Source: Candidatus Magasanikbacteria bacterium CG11_big_fil_rev_8_21_14_0_20_39_34
GTDB taxonomy: Bacteria; Patescibacteriota; Patescibacteriia; Magasanikbacterales; UBA922
NCBI GenBank assembly: GCA_002787355.1
Contig: PCWN01000007.1
Location: 248,996 to 312,995 of the forward strand
Reading direction: 5' to 3'
Length of the DNA stretch: 64,000 nt
The notes under the pieces were generated by a model. That model saw only the letters and a program-made list of their open reading frames with translations, was not told where the DNA came from and ran no database searches. Shown in pieces: positions 31,415-41,578 of this stretch. Within the stretch, counting starts at the first letter, position 1; every line of letters starts with the position of its first letter. The translations under genes were made by a program, and so were the position numbers.

Positions 31415-33538
31415 TTATTTAGTATTAACAAGTTTATAATGTGCAAGAGAAAAACGCAAGGTTTCATACGGAATATTCCCTTCAAAATATTCAAATACGG
31501 GACTCAACTTTTCCGGATAACCATTCTTATCTACATAGTCTATGACCTGCTGGAGTTGCTCTTGGTTTACCAGCTTTTCAATTTCAATTGGTTGCCCCAT
31601 TTCATAGAGCTTTGCCAGATGTGCATAGATGGTTCCCGTATTCAAATTCCTTTCTTTTGCAATTTGTTCCGGGCTCCATCCCTTCTTATAATAGTCAAAG
31701 GTTACTACATAGGTTGCGCCTTGGATTTTTTTTCCTTCTTTTGTCTTTTTTTTGAGAAAATCCATGAGCAACTGGAGAATCTCTTCACCATACATTCTAT
31801 ACTTTGTTTGTCCAATTCCATTTATGCTGAGAAGATCCTCTTCTGTGGAAGGAAGCTTCTGTGCTATTTCCTCAAGAGTTGCATCTGAGGCAACCAGATA
31901 GGCTGCAATATCTTTTGCTTTTGCCACCTGTTGCCGCCATTTTTTGAGAAGTAAGTACAGTTCTTCTTGTGCGGATTCACGTGTTGTGGAACGCTGTTGT
32001 TGCCGCTTTATGGTTTCTTCTCTATCCAATAACCTTGCAAACTGTACCTTCTGTTTCCCAAGCAAAACTTCCTTCCCATAATCCGTTATCTGTAAAGTAC
32101 TTCCTCTATCATAGGCAATCTCCAAAAGGCCTAGATTGAGCATCTGGATAATATACTGCTGCCACTCGGGTGGAGAAATGTCTTTTCCTACCCCAAAGGT
32201 CTTAATTTTGTCATATCCATGAAATAAAATCTCATGCCTTTGAGAACCACGAAGGACATCTATGAGTATTCCCGCAGAAACTCTTCCCTGGAGTCGAAAA
32301 ACGGCAGAGAGTGCCTTCTGAGCTATGAGGCTTCCATCAAAAAATTCTGGTGGAGCATCACAAACATCACAGGCTCCACAATCTTTATGTACAGACTGTC
32401 CCAAATAGTTTAAGAGTATTCTTCTCCTACAGATAAGTGCATCTGCATACTGTTGCATACGCTGCAGTTTGGAATACTGTGTTTGGTTATTTTTACTTTC
32501 ACGTATAAGTTCTCGAAGAGTAATCACATCTGCAAAACTATAAAACAAAAAAGTATCTGCAGGCTGTCCATCACGTCCGGCACGCCCAATCTCCTGATAA
32601 TAGCTCTCTATATTTTTTGGAAGATTATAGTGAATAATATAACGAACGTTGGACTTATCAATCCCCATTCCAAAAGCAACCGTGGCACACATTACCTGAA
32701 TGTCCCCTTTTGCAAACTGTTCTTGCGTCTTTTCACGTTCTGATTTTTCCATCCCTGCGTGATAGGCAGCAACTGATATCCCAATTTTTTTGAGTTGATC
32801 CGCAACCTTTTCTGTTGATTTTCGAGATAAACAATAAATAATCCCCGAGTCTTCTTTTTTCCCCTGAATATACTTTCTGATAAATTGGATCCGTCCATTT
32901 GCTGGCAATACATTGAGGCGCAGATTTGGCCTATCAAAAGAAGAAACAAAAATTTCAGGGTGTTTCATGCAAAGCTGATCGACAATATCCCTCCTGGTAA
33001 GTTTATCTGCCGTTGCAGTGAGTGCCACAATGGGCACACCCGGAAATTGAGATTTTAATATACCAAGTTTGGTATATTCTGTACGAAAATCATGTCCCCA
33101 ACTTGAGATACAATGTGCTTCATCTATAGCAAATAAACTTATGGTTTTTTTGGAAAGCATGAAGAGCATTTGTGGACTCAAAAGTTTTTCTGGAGAAACA
33201 TATAATAATTTAAGTTTTCCCCTTTGAAATAAATCTTCCACTTCATCCTGCTCCTTCATGCTTTGTGAACTATTAAAGTATGCAGCCGGTACTCCATTTT
33301 GCTGTAAGCTCATGACTTGATCTTTCATTAAAGATATCAAAGGACTCACCACAATTGCAACTCCCTCAAACACAAGAGCAGGTATCTGAAAACACAGTGA
33401 CTTTCCCCCACCCGTTGGCATGAGTACCAGTGTATCTTTTTTCTTGAGTATTGCCTCTATAACCTTTGCCTGATTCTCTCGAAATTCACGAAACCCAAAC
33501 GTATCATTCAATATTTTTTTTGCTGCTTGTATATCCAT
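31415..33538 (-). CDS. recQ: ATP-dependent DNA helicase RecQ with an extra C-terminal HTH-like domain
   Basis: It has MPTGGGKSLCFQ Walker A, the DEAH box, the RecQ Zn-binding CxxC motifs, an HRDC region and an additional C-terminal tail of about 100 aa. Confidence 0.9.
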   Translation of the reverse strand: MDIQAAKKILNDTFGFREFRENQAKVIEAILKKKDTLVLMPTGGGKSLCFQIPALVFEGVAIVVSPLISLMKDQVMSLQQNGVPAAYFNSSQSMKEQDEVEDLFQRGKLKLLYVSPEKLLSPQMLFMLSKKTISLFAIDEAHCISSWGHDFRTEYTKLGILKSQFPGVPIVALTATADKLTRRDIVDQLCMKHPEIFVSSFDRPNLRLNVLPANGRIQFIRKYIQGKKEDSGIIYCLSRKSTEKVADQLKKIGISVAAYHAGMEKSEREKTQEQFAKGDIQVMCATVAFGMGIDKSNVRYIIHYNLPKNIESYYQEIGRAGRDGQPADTFLFYSFADVITLRELIRESKNNQTQYSKLQRMQQYADALICRRRILLNYLGQSVHKDCGACDVCDAPPEFFDGSLIAQKALSAVFRLQGRVSAGILIDVLRGSQRHEILFHGYDKIKTFGVGKDISPPEWQQYIIQMLNLGLLEIAYDRGSTLQITDYGKEVLLGKQKVQFARLLDREETIKRQQQRSTTRESAQEELYLLLKKWRQQVAKAKDIAAYLVASDATLEEIAQKLPSTEEDLLSINGIGQTKYRMYGEEILQLLMDFLKKKTKEGKKIQGATYVVTFDYYKKGWSPEQIAKERNLNTGTIYAHLAKLYEMGQPIEIEKLVNQEQLQQVIDYVDKNGYPEKLSPVFEYFEGNIPYETLRFSLAHYKLVNTK

Positions 33539-33570
33539 ACCAAAACCATTGTATCAAATTTTTTGAGATC

Positions 33571-33605
33571 AAAAAAGGGGCAAAAAGAAGCCCCTTTTTC
33601 TTTTT
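33571..33605 (-). terminator. Rho-independent terminator downstream of the giant surface-protein gene
   Basis: The sequence aaaaaaGGGGCaaaaagaaGCCCCttttt is a GC hairpin with flanking A/T runs. Confidence 0.55.
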
Positions 33606-33615
33606 AAATTCTGAG

Positions 33616-36600
33616 TTATAGGCTAAATAGAGCGGATATTTCAGGTTGTGTTAAAACACGGTTATATACCCGTACATCATCCATATAACCAGAAAATGGC
33701 TGTGTTCCGGTTCCAGATTGATTTTTGTCATGGAACTTCGTATCATTGTTGGTTGCTCCAACTCCAATGTCACCACTATGAGACCACACCTGTGATCCCT
33801 CACCAGACGCACGAAGGCTTCCATTGAGATATCCTCGTAGAGCATCTTGTGTACGTGTTGTTCCACCCTGGAGTGTGAGTACAACAGAATACCAATTTCC
33901 TGGAGTAATAGTTCCCAGATCTAAGAAGGTTCCCCTCCAACCAGACTCGTTGGTAGGTTCATTCCAACCACCAACATACAGATGTCCGGCATCTATATAG
34001 ATATTGAGCCCCCTTGAGGTTCCTCCTTCTTCAAAGAGAACTTGACGAGAAGAAACAGCACTTGGATTAAATACCAATGAAATACTTCTTGCTGTTTGTA
34101 CCGCAGTATTCATAAGCGGACTATCCTTAAAGTGAATGTAGTCATCTACTCCATCAAATGAAGCTGACTCACCATACTTTCCATTCTGAACCACTTGTAC
34201 ACCATTTTTTAATTCACCATTATTTCCAAGTCCTGAATAGTCCCAAGCATACGTTCCTTCAATCACAAAGGGAAGCTGCATCACCAAACTTGTTCTTGAA
34301 AGCGGATCATTCTTCACTTCAAAAGGAAGTCGTGCATCTGACGCCTGGTCATGAAGCAATGCAACCTCTGAGGCATCCAATTCTCGGTTGTAAATCTTGA
34401 GTTCATCAATTGATCCCAAAAGTGAAGACGCACCGGAACCAGACTTTGCTCCATCGTGAAAGAGCGTATCACTATTTACAGCTCCTACTCCAATACCGCC
34501 TGAGTGATCCCAGAGTTGGGATCCCATACCTTCCTCGAAAAGTACTCCATCTACATACCCCTTCAAAGCTTTTGCTTGTAATGTTGTTCCCCCGTTTAAT
34601 GTCAGAACAACATGATGCCAAACACCAGACTGAATAGCTGCGGTAGACAAATACGTCCCCTGCCAGCCACTTTCATTTGTGGGAGTATTCCATCCTGCTA
34701 CATAGAGTTTTCCTGAGTCAATATAGAGAGATAATCCTCGCACCGTTCCACCCTCTTCATACAAAACCTGACGTTTTGAGATGTCAAAAGCTTGAAACCA
34801 GAGAGAAATACTCCTCTGACCATAAATACCAAGGTTGGTATCATCGGAATTTGGAACCTTTACATAATCTGCATTTCCATCCAAAGTGAGTGATCCTTGA
34901 CTATGACCAAATACAGGATTTATATATGCATTCCCTGAAAGTGTAGCATTATGTGAAGCAGGTGATGCATCCGTGAGATCAAAATCAAAATGATAGTCCC
35001 CCACCAACCCAACTGGAGAAACATCTTGTGGTGGTGGAACACTTTGCGCTTCTACGGTAAAACTGTGTTGTGACTTGTTTGCCACAGTCCAAGAATTCGC
35101 CAACACATTTCCCGCTACATCTTTCACATTCTCAACGGCAAAGTAATAAGATACCCCATAGTCAAGTGGCAGTGTTGTATTGAAGGTTGCAACTTTATTT
35201 TGTGAGTTAAGTGTTAAGCTATTCAAGAATACCACCGTATCATCACTCATACGTCTGAGTTGCAAGTTTGTATAATTTACGGTAGCGGGATCCACTGCCT
35301 CGCTGAAGGTAATAAATGGAACAACATCCACAGAAACATTTTGCTCAAGAGCTGCGGGACTCTGGAGAGTAACCGTAGGCGCAAGTACATCTTGTTGATC
35401 TGGGGTAAGCGGATCACAGTCCTCATCTTTGCCATTATTGGCAATCTCAATCGCCCCTGGGTGTACGCTCGCGTCATTGTCATTGCAATCTATCTGAGAG
35501 TTATACCCATCCGCATCAGCATCAAGGAAATCCCGTGTTACTGGGTTGCAATCATTATCCACTCCATCGTAGAGTACTTCTGTAGCTCCTGGGTGGATAC
35601 TGGCATCATTGTCATTACAGTCTACTGTTGAAGAGTATCCATCCGCATCGGCATCAACTTCAACTGGTGGTTCCACTGGGCCTGGATTGCTTGATTCTAT
35701 TATTTGTGCAAGTTCTAATCGTGCAGCTTCCCAAGTATCTGGATCAATTGACCAACTAATGTCTGTGTGCTTCCAGCTTGCTCCAGGTTCTTCTACACCT
35801 ACTTCCCACAATACTTTAGGAATAATCTCTTGAATTATTTGATCTACCCTTTGTGGGTCAACGGCACTTGCCAAAGCAAGGTAGTCTGCATCTTGAATAC
35901 CTCTTCTCCAGTATTTCAAACGAAGACTCGCAATTGGACCATTCATACCATAGGACTCTTCTCTATGCCGAACATCGGTTCCAGGATAAAACAATACTCC
36001 GTCTCCATTTCCTATTGGAGTATACTGACTGGCACCCGTTTCCCCTCTTCCACCTTCCGGATCCGTGCTATTGTCATACTGAGTTTGATTTCCAAAGGTT
36101 TGAGCATGGGTAAAGAGATTTGTATGAGGAGCATTTCCCTCATCCTGTGATGAACCATTGAAATTATGGTAATAGGTACTCTCCCAATAAAACCATCTAT
36201 CAATCCCTTCCTTATACTGTGTCCAAGGAATGGTACGCAAAGCAACACCATCATCTTCTGTCATAAAGGTTCCTGTTGCTGGTCGTGCGCCATTATAGAA
36301 GTAAAGCCTCTTTCCTGGATCATTTTTGTAGAATGGGGTATTTTTTGTTCCCCAATCCGTTGGTGCCACAGAAAAGGTAGTCGGAGAAATATCTACAGAA
36401 GGCATCTGTGTTCTTCCCGTATCTGCTCCAGCCGTCACCAAGGTCATAAGCGCACTTCCTGGACCGCTACTTTGCTCAATATCTTGTGCCCATCTTTGGA
36501 GTTTGTCATAGTTTCCGCCGGGTTCATCCATAAGATATACAAAGTGCTCTACATCTGGGGCATTTTGGTTAAACCAACTCTGCCAGGCATCAGCATGTCT

Positions 36601-39072
36601 TTGTAATTCTCCTCTATCCAGCCAATCATAAATGCTCCCTGAAAAGTCTCTGTTATCATTCCATGCCCAAGCAATGGCTCCATAGGTTCCAATAGAATAT
36701 ACTCCATTACCTACTCCAACTCCAGGGCCTTTATATCCGTTTTGTGCCGTAAAGAGGTTTCCATTCAAACGTGGAATCCAAGCATCATTTGGTCTATTAT
36801 TTCCTGCACCTTCATCAATCAGTGAAATTTTGTGTCGGTGTGCCATGAGAAAATAATTATCCACCAAAGTAGAGTTTGTATATCCATACCTTCCTTGAAT
36901 TTGACCATCCGGTTCTCCTGAGATAAAAAGCATGGTCTTTGAAGTTGGTTCATCCGGCAATACAAAGTTTTTTACTTCAAGTTGAACCGGAACAAAAGAA
37001 ATATTCCCATTTTGATTCACTTTTACCTGCCCTTGGTAGATTCCAGCAGGTGCATCTTTTGGAATATAGATGTCCGCCCAAATACTTTGATTCTCACCTG
37101 AGGGAATTGTAAATGGTTGTTCCAACTCCAGAGGAACTGCAATATCTGGGTAGTATTTATCGTGATCTGGTCTATCTGTCCAATTATATCCTGTACCCCA
37201 TCCACGTGCATCATGTGGTCTTTGCAAACGCAATGGCGTGTGTCTCTGGTCATACTGTCCATAGCCAAGGGTACTCACACCTTTTATTTGAAGATAACGA
37301 ACATAAAAGAGCTCAATATCTCGATTGGTCCAGTCAAAAAGGGTATTTTTATCTCCACTATAGGGTGCAGAACCAATTCTATAATTGCCTGGCCCTGTAA
37401 GCTCATCAAAAGTAACATTTAGGTTTCCAGCTGCGGTATTGCCCGCTTCTAACACTAAGTTAAAAGCTACCACCTCATTTTTTGCACCAAATAACTGTAC
37501 TTGTTGCCCATTCCAGGCACTATTCACAATACTATTTGGGTTATTACTGAACCGAAGTTCATCTTTGGTCACCTTATCTTCCCCATTATTTGCCCAAATT
37601 CCCGTAAGATTTCCACCAACAGAGACAGGAATATCAATAGAAAAGTTACTATTGGATACCCGAACTTCATTGTTATCGAAATAGCTTTTTAAAGTCAGTA
37701 AGATAGCAGATCCATCTGAGGGTAAATTAGTATTGAGAAGTTGCTGAGTTCCATTTAATCCTGTATATGCAGAAAACTGACTTGGATTTTGTGCTGTTCC
37801 TACCAAAAGATCATAACTATTTGCATCTACCTCCTGCCATGATACCGTCACATTCTTACTGCTGAGTACTGCATTATTTTGAGGTTGGAGTATCTGAGAA
37901 GCAAGTGGAACAATATTTCTTACATGTGCTGTAAATTTATATCCCGTTGCAGAATATTGTGCCGGATCTACTTCGTAACCCGTGCTATTATTTGCATAAA
38001 TGCGTACATAAAACGTTCTTCCATCTTCTGGAAGGTTATCAATGGTAATGGAATTTGTTTTTGTTGTAAACCAACCACTTCCTGCAAGCGTGCCCGAGAT
38101 ACTTCCTACCGAGTCCCCAATGGCCAACGCATAGTGATCCAAACGTGAGTCTACTACAGGATTCCACTGCAGTGTAAGACTTGTAGATGGCAACTGCTGA
38201 GGAACAGAGGTATCCCCTGTATTTTGTTGTTGGTAAAAGGAAGAGTCAGGAGCTGTGAGCTGAAGTGGGCTCAATGCAGGATCCACCACCGGTGGTTCAA
38301 CGACAGGTCCACTCACATCTACCGAAAAAGTACTTTGGGATTCCAATGCTCCACTTCCCGCAAAATTGCTTCTGAGTGTCAAATACACCAAAGAACCATC
38401 TGTTGGAAGGTTGGCATCAAGTAATTTTTGTGTTGTTTGTATTCCGGTATAGGTAGCAAACGCTTCTTTATTCTGAGCTGTTCCTACGAAAAGATCATAT
38501 GTTTGTGCCCCAACATCTTGCCATTGGACTGTTATCGAGTCTGTATTGAGAACCGTGCCATCTTGTGGTTGTATTATGTTTGCTGCTACCTCAACGACAC
38601 CTCCTGTGTTTGAAGTAAACTTGTATGTTTTTGCAGAAAACTGCCCTGAATCAACTTCGTAACCACTACTATTGTTTGCAAAAATTCTTATATAAAAGTC
38701 GCGACCATCGCTTGGAAGATCCGTAAGCGTAAGAGAGTTATTTCGTGTTGTTAACCAACCTCCTGTAGGTAATATTCCCGTGATACTCCCGGGAGTATCC
38801 CCTACGGCAAGCGCATAATGATCAAAATTTGTATGCGACACGATATTCCACTCTAAAGAAAGCGTGGTACTCGGTAATGATTCCGGTATGGAATTATCAT
38901 CCGTATATAATTGCTGGTAGTACCTCGAGTCAACACTGGTAAGCTCCAGAGGATTCCCTGTGGCATATGCAGGCGTAATCAAACTCAGAGGTCCTAATCC
39001 TGGTACAATTGCTGTCACCACTATAACCAGTATTTTGAAAGCATGTACAATCCCCCTATATAGTTTATTCAT
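33616..39072 (-). CDS. Giant (1818 aa) secreted/surface multidomain protein. It has a signal anchor, a roughly 215-aa module duplicated in tandem, a central hydrolase-like region of about 600 aa, two Asp/Cys-rich putative metal-binding motifs, a bacterial Ig-like (SbsA-type) domain, and two C-terminal concanavalin-A/LamG-like lectin domains
   Basis: The N-terminal hydrophobic signal is KILVIVVTAIVPG. Residues about 40-255 and 265-480 are clearly homologous (LELTSVDSRYYQQLYTDDNSIPESLPSTTLSLEWN... versus LQLTAPDSSFYQQQNTGDTSVPQQLPSTSLTLQWN...). DADADGYSSTVDCNDNDASIHPG... occurs twice. The two LamG-like units contain LYVAGWNTPTNESGWQG and LYVGGWNEPTNESGWRG. Confidence 0.8.
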   Translation of the reverse strand: MNKLYRGIVHAFKILVIVVTAIVPGLGPLSLITPAYATGNPLELTSVDSRYYQQLYTDDNSIPESLPSTTLSLEWNIVSHTNFDHYALAVGDTPGSITGILPTGGWLTTRNNSLTLTDLPSDGRDFYIRIFANNSSGYEVDSGQFSAKTYKFTSNTGGVVEVAANIIQPQDGTVLNTDSITVQWQDVGAQTYDLFVGTAQNKEAFATYTGIQTTQKLLDANLPTDGSLVYLTLRSNFAGSGALESQSTFSVDVSGPVVEPPVVDPALSPLQLTAPDSSFYQQQNTGDTSVPQQLPSTSLTLQWNPVVDSRLDHYALAIGDSVGSISGTLAGSGWFTTKTNSITIDNLPEDGRTFYVRIYANNSTGYEVDPAQYSATGYKFTAHVRNIVPLASQILQPQNNAVLSSKNVTVSWQEVDANSYDLLVGTAQNPSQFSAYTGLNGTQQLLNTNLPSDGSAILLTLKSYFDNNEVRVSNSNFSIDIPVSVGGNLTGIWANNGEDKVTKDELRFSNNPNSIVNSAWNGQQVQLFGAKNEVVAFNLVLEAGNTAAGNLNVTFDELTGPGNYRIGSAPYSGDKNTLFDWTNRDIELFYVRYLQIKGVSTLGYGQYDQRHTPLRLQRPHDARGWGTGYNWTDRPDHDKYYPDIAVPLELEQPFTIPSGENQSIWADIYIPKDAPAGIYQGQVKVNQNGNISFVPVQLEVKNFVLPDEPTSKTMLFISGEPDGQIQGRYGYTNSTLVDNYFLMAHRHKISLIDEGAGNNRPNDAWIPRLNGNLFTAQNGYKGPGVGVGNGVYSIGTYGAIAWAWNDNRDFSGSIYDWLDRGELQRHADAWQSWFNQNAPDVEHFVYLMDEPGGNYDKLQRWAQDIEQSSGPGSALMTLVTAGADTGRTQMPSVDISPTTFSVAPTDWGTKNTPFYKNDPGKRLYFYNGARPATGTFMTEDDGVALRTIPWTQYKEGIDRWFYWESTYYHNFNGSSQDEGNAPHTNLFTHAQTFGNQTQYDNSTDPEGGRGETGASQYTPIGNGDGVLFYPGTDVRHREESYGMNGPIASLRLKYWRRGIQDADYLALASAVDPQRVDQIIQEIIPKVLWEVGVEEPGASWKHTDISWSIDPDTWEAARLELAQIIESSNPGPVEPPVEVDADADGYSSTVDCNDNDASIHPGATEVLYDGVDNDCNPVTRDFLDADADGYNSQIDCNDNDASVHPGAIEIANNGKDEDCDPLTPDQQDVLAPTVTLQSPAALEQNVSVDVVPFITFSEAVDPATVNYTNLQLRRMSDDTVVFLNSLTLNSQNKVATFNTTLPLDYGVSYYFAVENVKDVAGNVLANSWTVANKSQHSFTVEAQSVPPPQDVSPVGLVGDYHFDFDLTDASPASHNATLSGNAYINPVFGHSQGSLTLDGNADYVKVPNSDDTNLGIYGQRSISLWFQAFDISKRQVLYEEGGTVRGLSLYIDSGKLYVAGWNTPTNESGWQGTYLSTAAIQSGVWHHVVLTLNGGTTLQAKALKGYVDGVLFEEGMGSQLWDHSGGIGVGAVNSDTLFHDGAKSGSGASSLLGSIDELKIYNRELDASEVALLHDQASDARLPFEVKNDPLSRTSLVMQLPFVIEGTYAWDYSGLGNNGELKNGVQVVQNGKYGESASFDGVDDYIHFKDSPLMNTAVQTARSISLVFNPSAVSSRQVLFEEGGTSRGLNIYIDAGHLYVGGWNEPTNESGWRGTFLDLGTITPGNWYSVVLTLQGGTTRTQDALRGYLNGSLRASGEGSQVWSHSGDIGVGATNNDTKFHDKNQSGTGTQPFSGYMDDVRVYNRVLTQPEISALFSL

Positions 39073-39230
39073 AAAAAATTTGTTAAGATTGCACCCCCAA
39101 CGTAGTAAATTTTTGTTTTTATTACATACGGAGAAATTTTAAAATTAGAACCCTCCATCGCTGTAATCATAACATAAAGAAAAAAGAATGCAAACTGTGT
39201 GCACCCTTTCTTCTGCTTCTCTTTTTTTGA

Positions 39231-41498
39231 CTAGTTTACCACCTCAAAATCTGGCTGATTCTTATCTTTTTTTAGTTCAATTTTAGATATTTCAGACAAG
39301 TCAGAAAGCGCGTGGGCCTTGAGATATATATTTGAGAATGTATATAAAACATCGCCAATATACAAAGAACGAAGTACATTATTATCATAGTAGTTATATC
39401 CCCAAAAGAAATCACTTTCAGCAGGTGCTCCTCCATCGGAATGATCAATTTTTCCTTTGAGTTCAATTTTATCTGCAGTTATTTCAAACACCGCAGCACC
39501 AGAGAAAGTAAGTTTTCCCCAAGATTCTCCCCCAATTGATTCTCGCAAGCTTACGGGAATGGCCAAAAGATTTTTTTCTTTTGAGAATAAGAATGCTTTA
39601 TGATCATAGAGTGCAATGGAATCACTTCCTCCATCTCCAAGAGTTGCCGTTGTCTTTTCCTTTGGATTTGATACATCTGATACATCGAAAAGTGAAATTT
39701 TGATTCCCTTTGTTACAACAGAACCATATGAATTTTGCATAGTATCTTTTCCTATTCCAATAAGCGTATTCTCATCATAGGGGTGAAGATAATTTGAGAA
39801 TCCTGGCACTTTTAATTTTCCAAGGACTTTGGGCGCCTTTGGATCCAGTAAGTCAATTACAAATAGTGGGTCCACCTGTTCAAATGTTGTCATGTATGCC
39901 CTATTTTGCATAAACCTCACTGAATAAATTCGTTCTTCTGGTGCAAGATTGGTGAGACTTCCCACAATCTTCATATCTGCATCAAGCACATAGAGATTGC
40001 TAAAGGATTTCTTTTCTTCATCCGTGAGATATTGACTCCAGAGATTTCCACGAGTCGTAGCAATTCTAAAGTATCCTCCTGATTCATCCATAGAAAACTG
40101 ATTGAGAACACTTCCGGGAACTTCTCCTGTTTTTTCAAAGTGGATCTGACCATCTTGTAAAGCAATTTTATGAACAACAGTTTTTTCTATCTCCCCTATC
40201 AACTTGGAATATTTTTCTCTCATCATGGTATCAAATTGATCCTGAAGTGTCTTCTGCTGTTCTGGCGTCTGAGAATCTGCATATGCATAAAGAATCTGAC
40301 GGATTTTGTCTCTCTTTTCCCAGTCGGAAAGAATGAATTTTTCTACCGATTCAATTTTTTGAACTTTGAGTTTATCTTCAGCATTCAAAAGAGGAAAAAA
40401 GAGTGTTTTACTTACCTCAAACTCTATTTCTGATTCATCCAAATATTTTGTGTGCGTAAGATACATGGCATTTTCTGAAACATACATATTCTGTTGCCAA
40501 GGAAGAAGGAAAACATTTGCACTCACGGGCATGTCTGGGTTGACAATGTTAATGGCAGAAACCGTTACATAATTGAGGTTATTATAGGGAACATCAAAAT
40601 AATACACTTCCGGTAAAAGACAATTTGGCTTGTCATTACAATCCATTACCGTTTTTTCACCATTTACAATCATTTCCGGCAAGAGTGGACGCGGACCACC
40701 GCCATAGAAGGAGTTATATTTATCAGTTACAAAGTAAACATAATTCCCAATCATGCGGGAATTATTATAATTCCCTTCCAAATCCATATCTTTTATTTGC
40801 TTTGGATTTTTTTTGTCAGAGATGTCAAAAACCTTAAAGAAGGTGTACTGACTCTGTCCCCAAGGTGCAAAACTTTTTGATGTCTCTATAGGCTGAAATT
40901 GTGTATCACTTCCAAAAACAACCAACCTATCTCCTGAAATATAGAGTTCTTGTGGGCGAGAACGGAAAGCGATTTTTGAAAGGATTTGAGCGTTTTCAGC
41001 AGGATACGCATCCAAAATAAAGAGATCATTCTTTACGACCGCATAAACATACTTTCCATCTGTTTTTATAATATCTGATTCATCCACTCCCTGCACTTGA
41101 ACATTTGTTTGTGAGTAATCCGAAGTATTTGCTGCTGTGGGCATAGGTACTGGTGCACCAGCAACCGCATCATTCATCATTGGAGCTGCCATAGCCATGG
41201 TTTCCATCTTCATACTTCCGCCGGCACCCATTCCGCCACCCAAGGCTGACGGTTCATTATTTTTGAGAAACATGGCCAATTCACCAAGGTCCTTAAATTT
41301 CTTTAAGGTTCCTTGCTTTTGAAGTTCTTGATCCAGACTCTGAGAAGTGAGGTTTCCATTGGTAGGCTGTTGTGTTGTCTCACTCCCTGGCTTTTGGCTT
41401 GATGGAGCTGGTGTTACGGATCCCATCTTCCATGACATACTACAACCACCCAAAAAAAGCGTTGCAAAAAGTAAAAATGGAATATATTTTTTATACAT
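39231..41498 (-). CDS. Lipoprotein with a C-terminal beta-propeller domain (COG4880-like secreted beta-propeller protein)
   Basis: It has the lipobox LFLGGC|S, a low-complexity Ser/Gln/Met/Ala-rich linker, and a large beta-rich C-terminal region. It is co-oriented with and immediately upstream of the giant protein gene. Confidence 0.55.
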   Translation of the reverse strand: MYKKYIPFLLFATLFLGGCSMSWKMGSVTPAPSSQKPGSETTQQPTNGNLTSQSLDQELQKQGTLKKFKDLGELAMFLKNNEPSALGGGMGAGGSMKMETMAMAAPMMNDAVAGAPVPMPTAANTSDYSQTNVQVQGVDESDIIKTDGKYVYAVVKNDLFILDAYPAENAQILSKIAFRSRPQELYISGDRLVVFGSDTQFQPIETSKSFAPWGQSQYTFFKVFDISDKKNPKQIKDMDLEGNYNNSRMIGNYVYFVTDKYNSFYGGGPRPLLPEMIVNGEKTVMDCNDKPNCLLPEVYYFDVPYNNLNYVTVSAINIVNPDMPVSANVFLLPWQQNMYVSENAMYLTHTKYLDESEIEFEVSKTLFFPLLNAEDKLKVQKIESVEKFILSDWEKRDKIRQILYAYADSQTPEQQKTLQDQFDTMMREKYSKLIGEIEKTVVHKIALQDGQIHFEKTGEVPGSVLNQFSMDESGGYFRIATTRGNLWSQYLTDEEKKSFSNLYVLDADMKIVGSLTNLAPEERIYSVRFMQNRAYMTTFEQVDPLFVIDLLDPKAPKVLGKLKVPGFSNYLHPYDENTLIGIGKDTMQNSYGSVVTKGIKISLFDVSDVSNPKEKTTATLGDGGSDSIALYDHKAFLFSKEKNLLAIPVSLRESIGGESWGKLTFSGAAVFEITADKIELKGKIDHSDGGAPAESDFFWGYNYYDNNVLRSLYIGDVLYTFSNIYLKAHALSDLSEISKIELKKDKNQPDFEVVN

Positions 41499-41578
41499 AA
41501 TTTTATTTGTGAAAAATAAATGTTTATCTGTTGCTATTATACCATATTTTCAGAAAAAATGCAGTATAACTCCATTTT

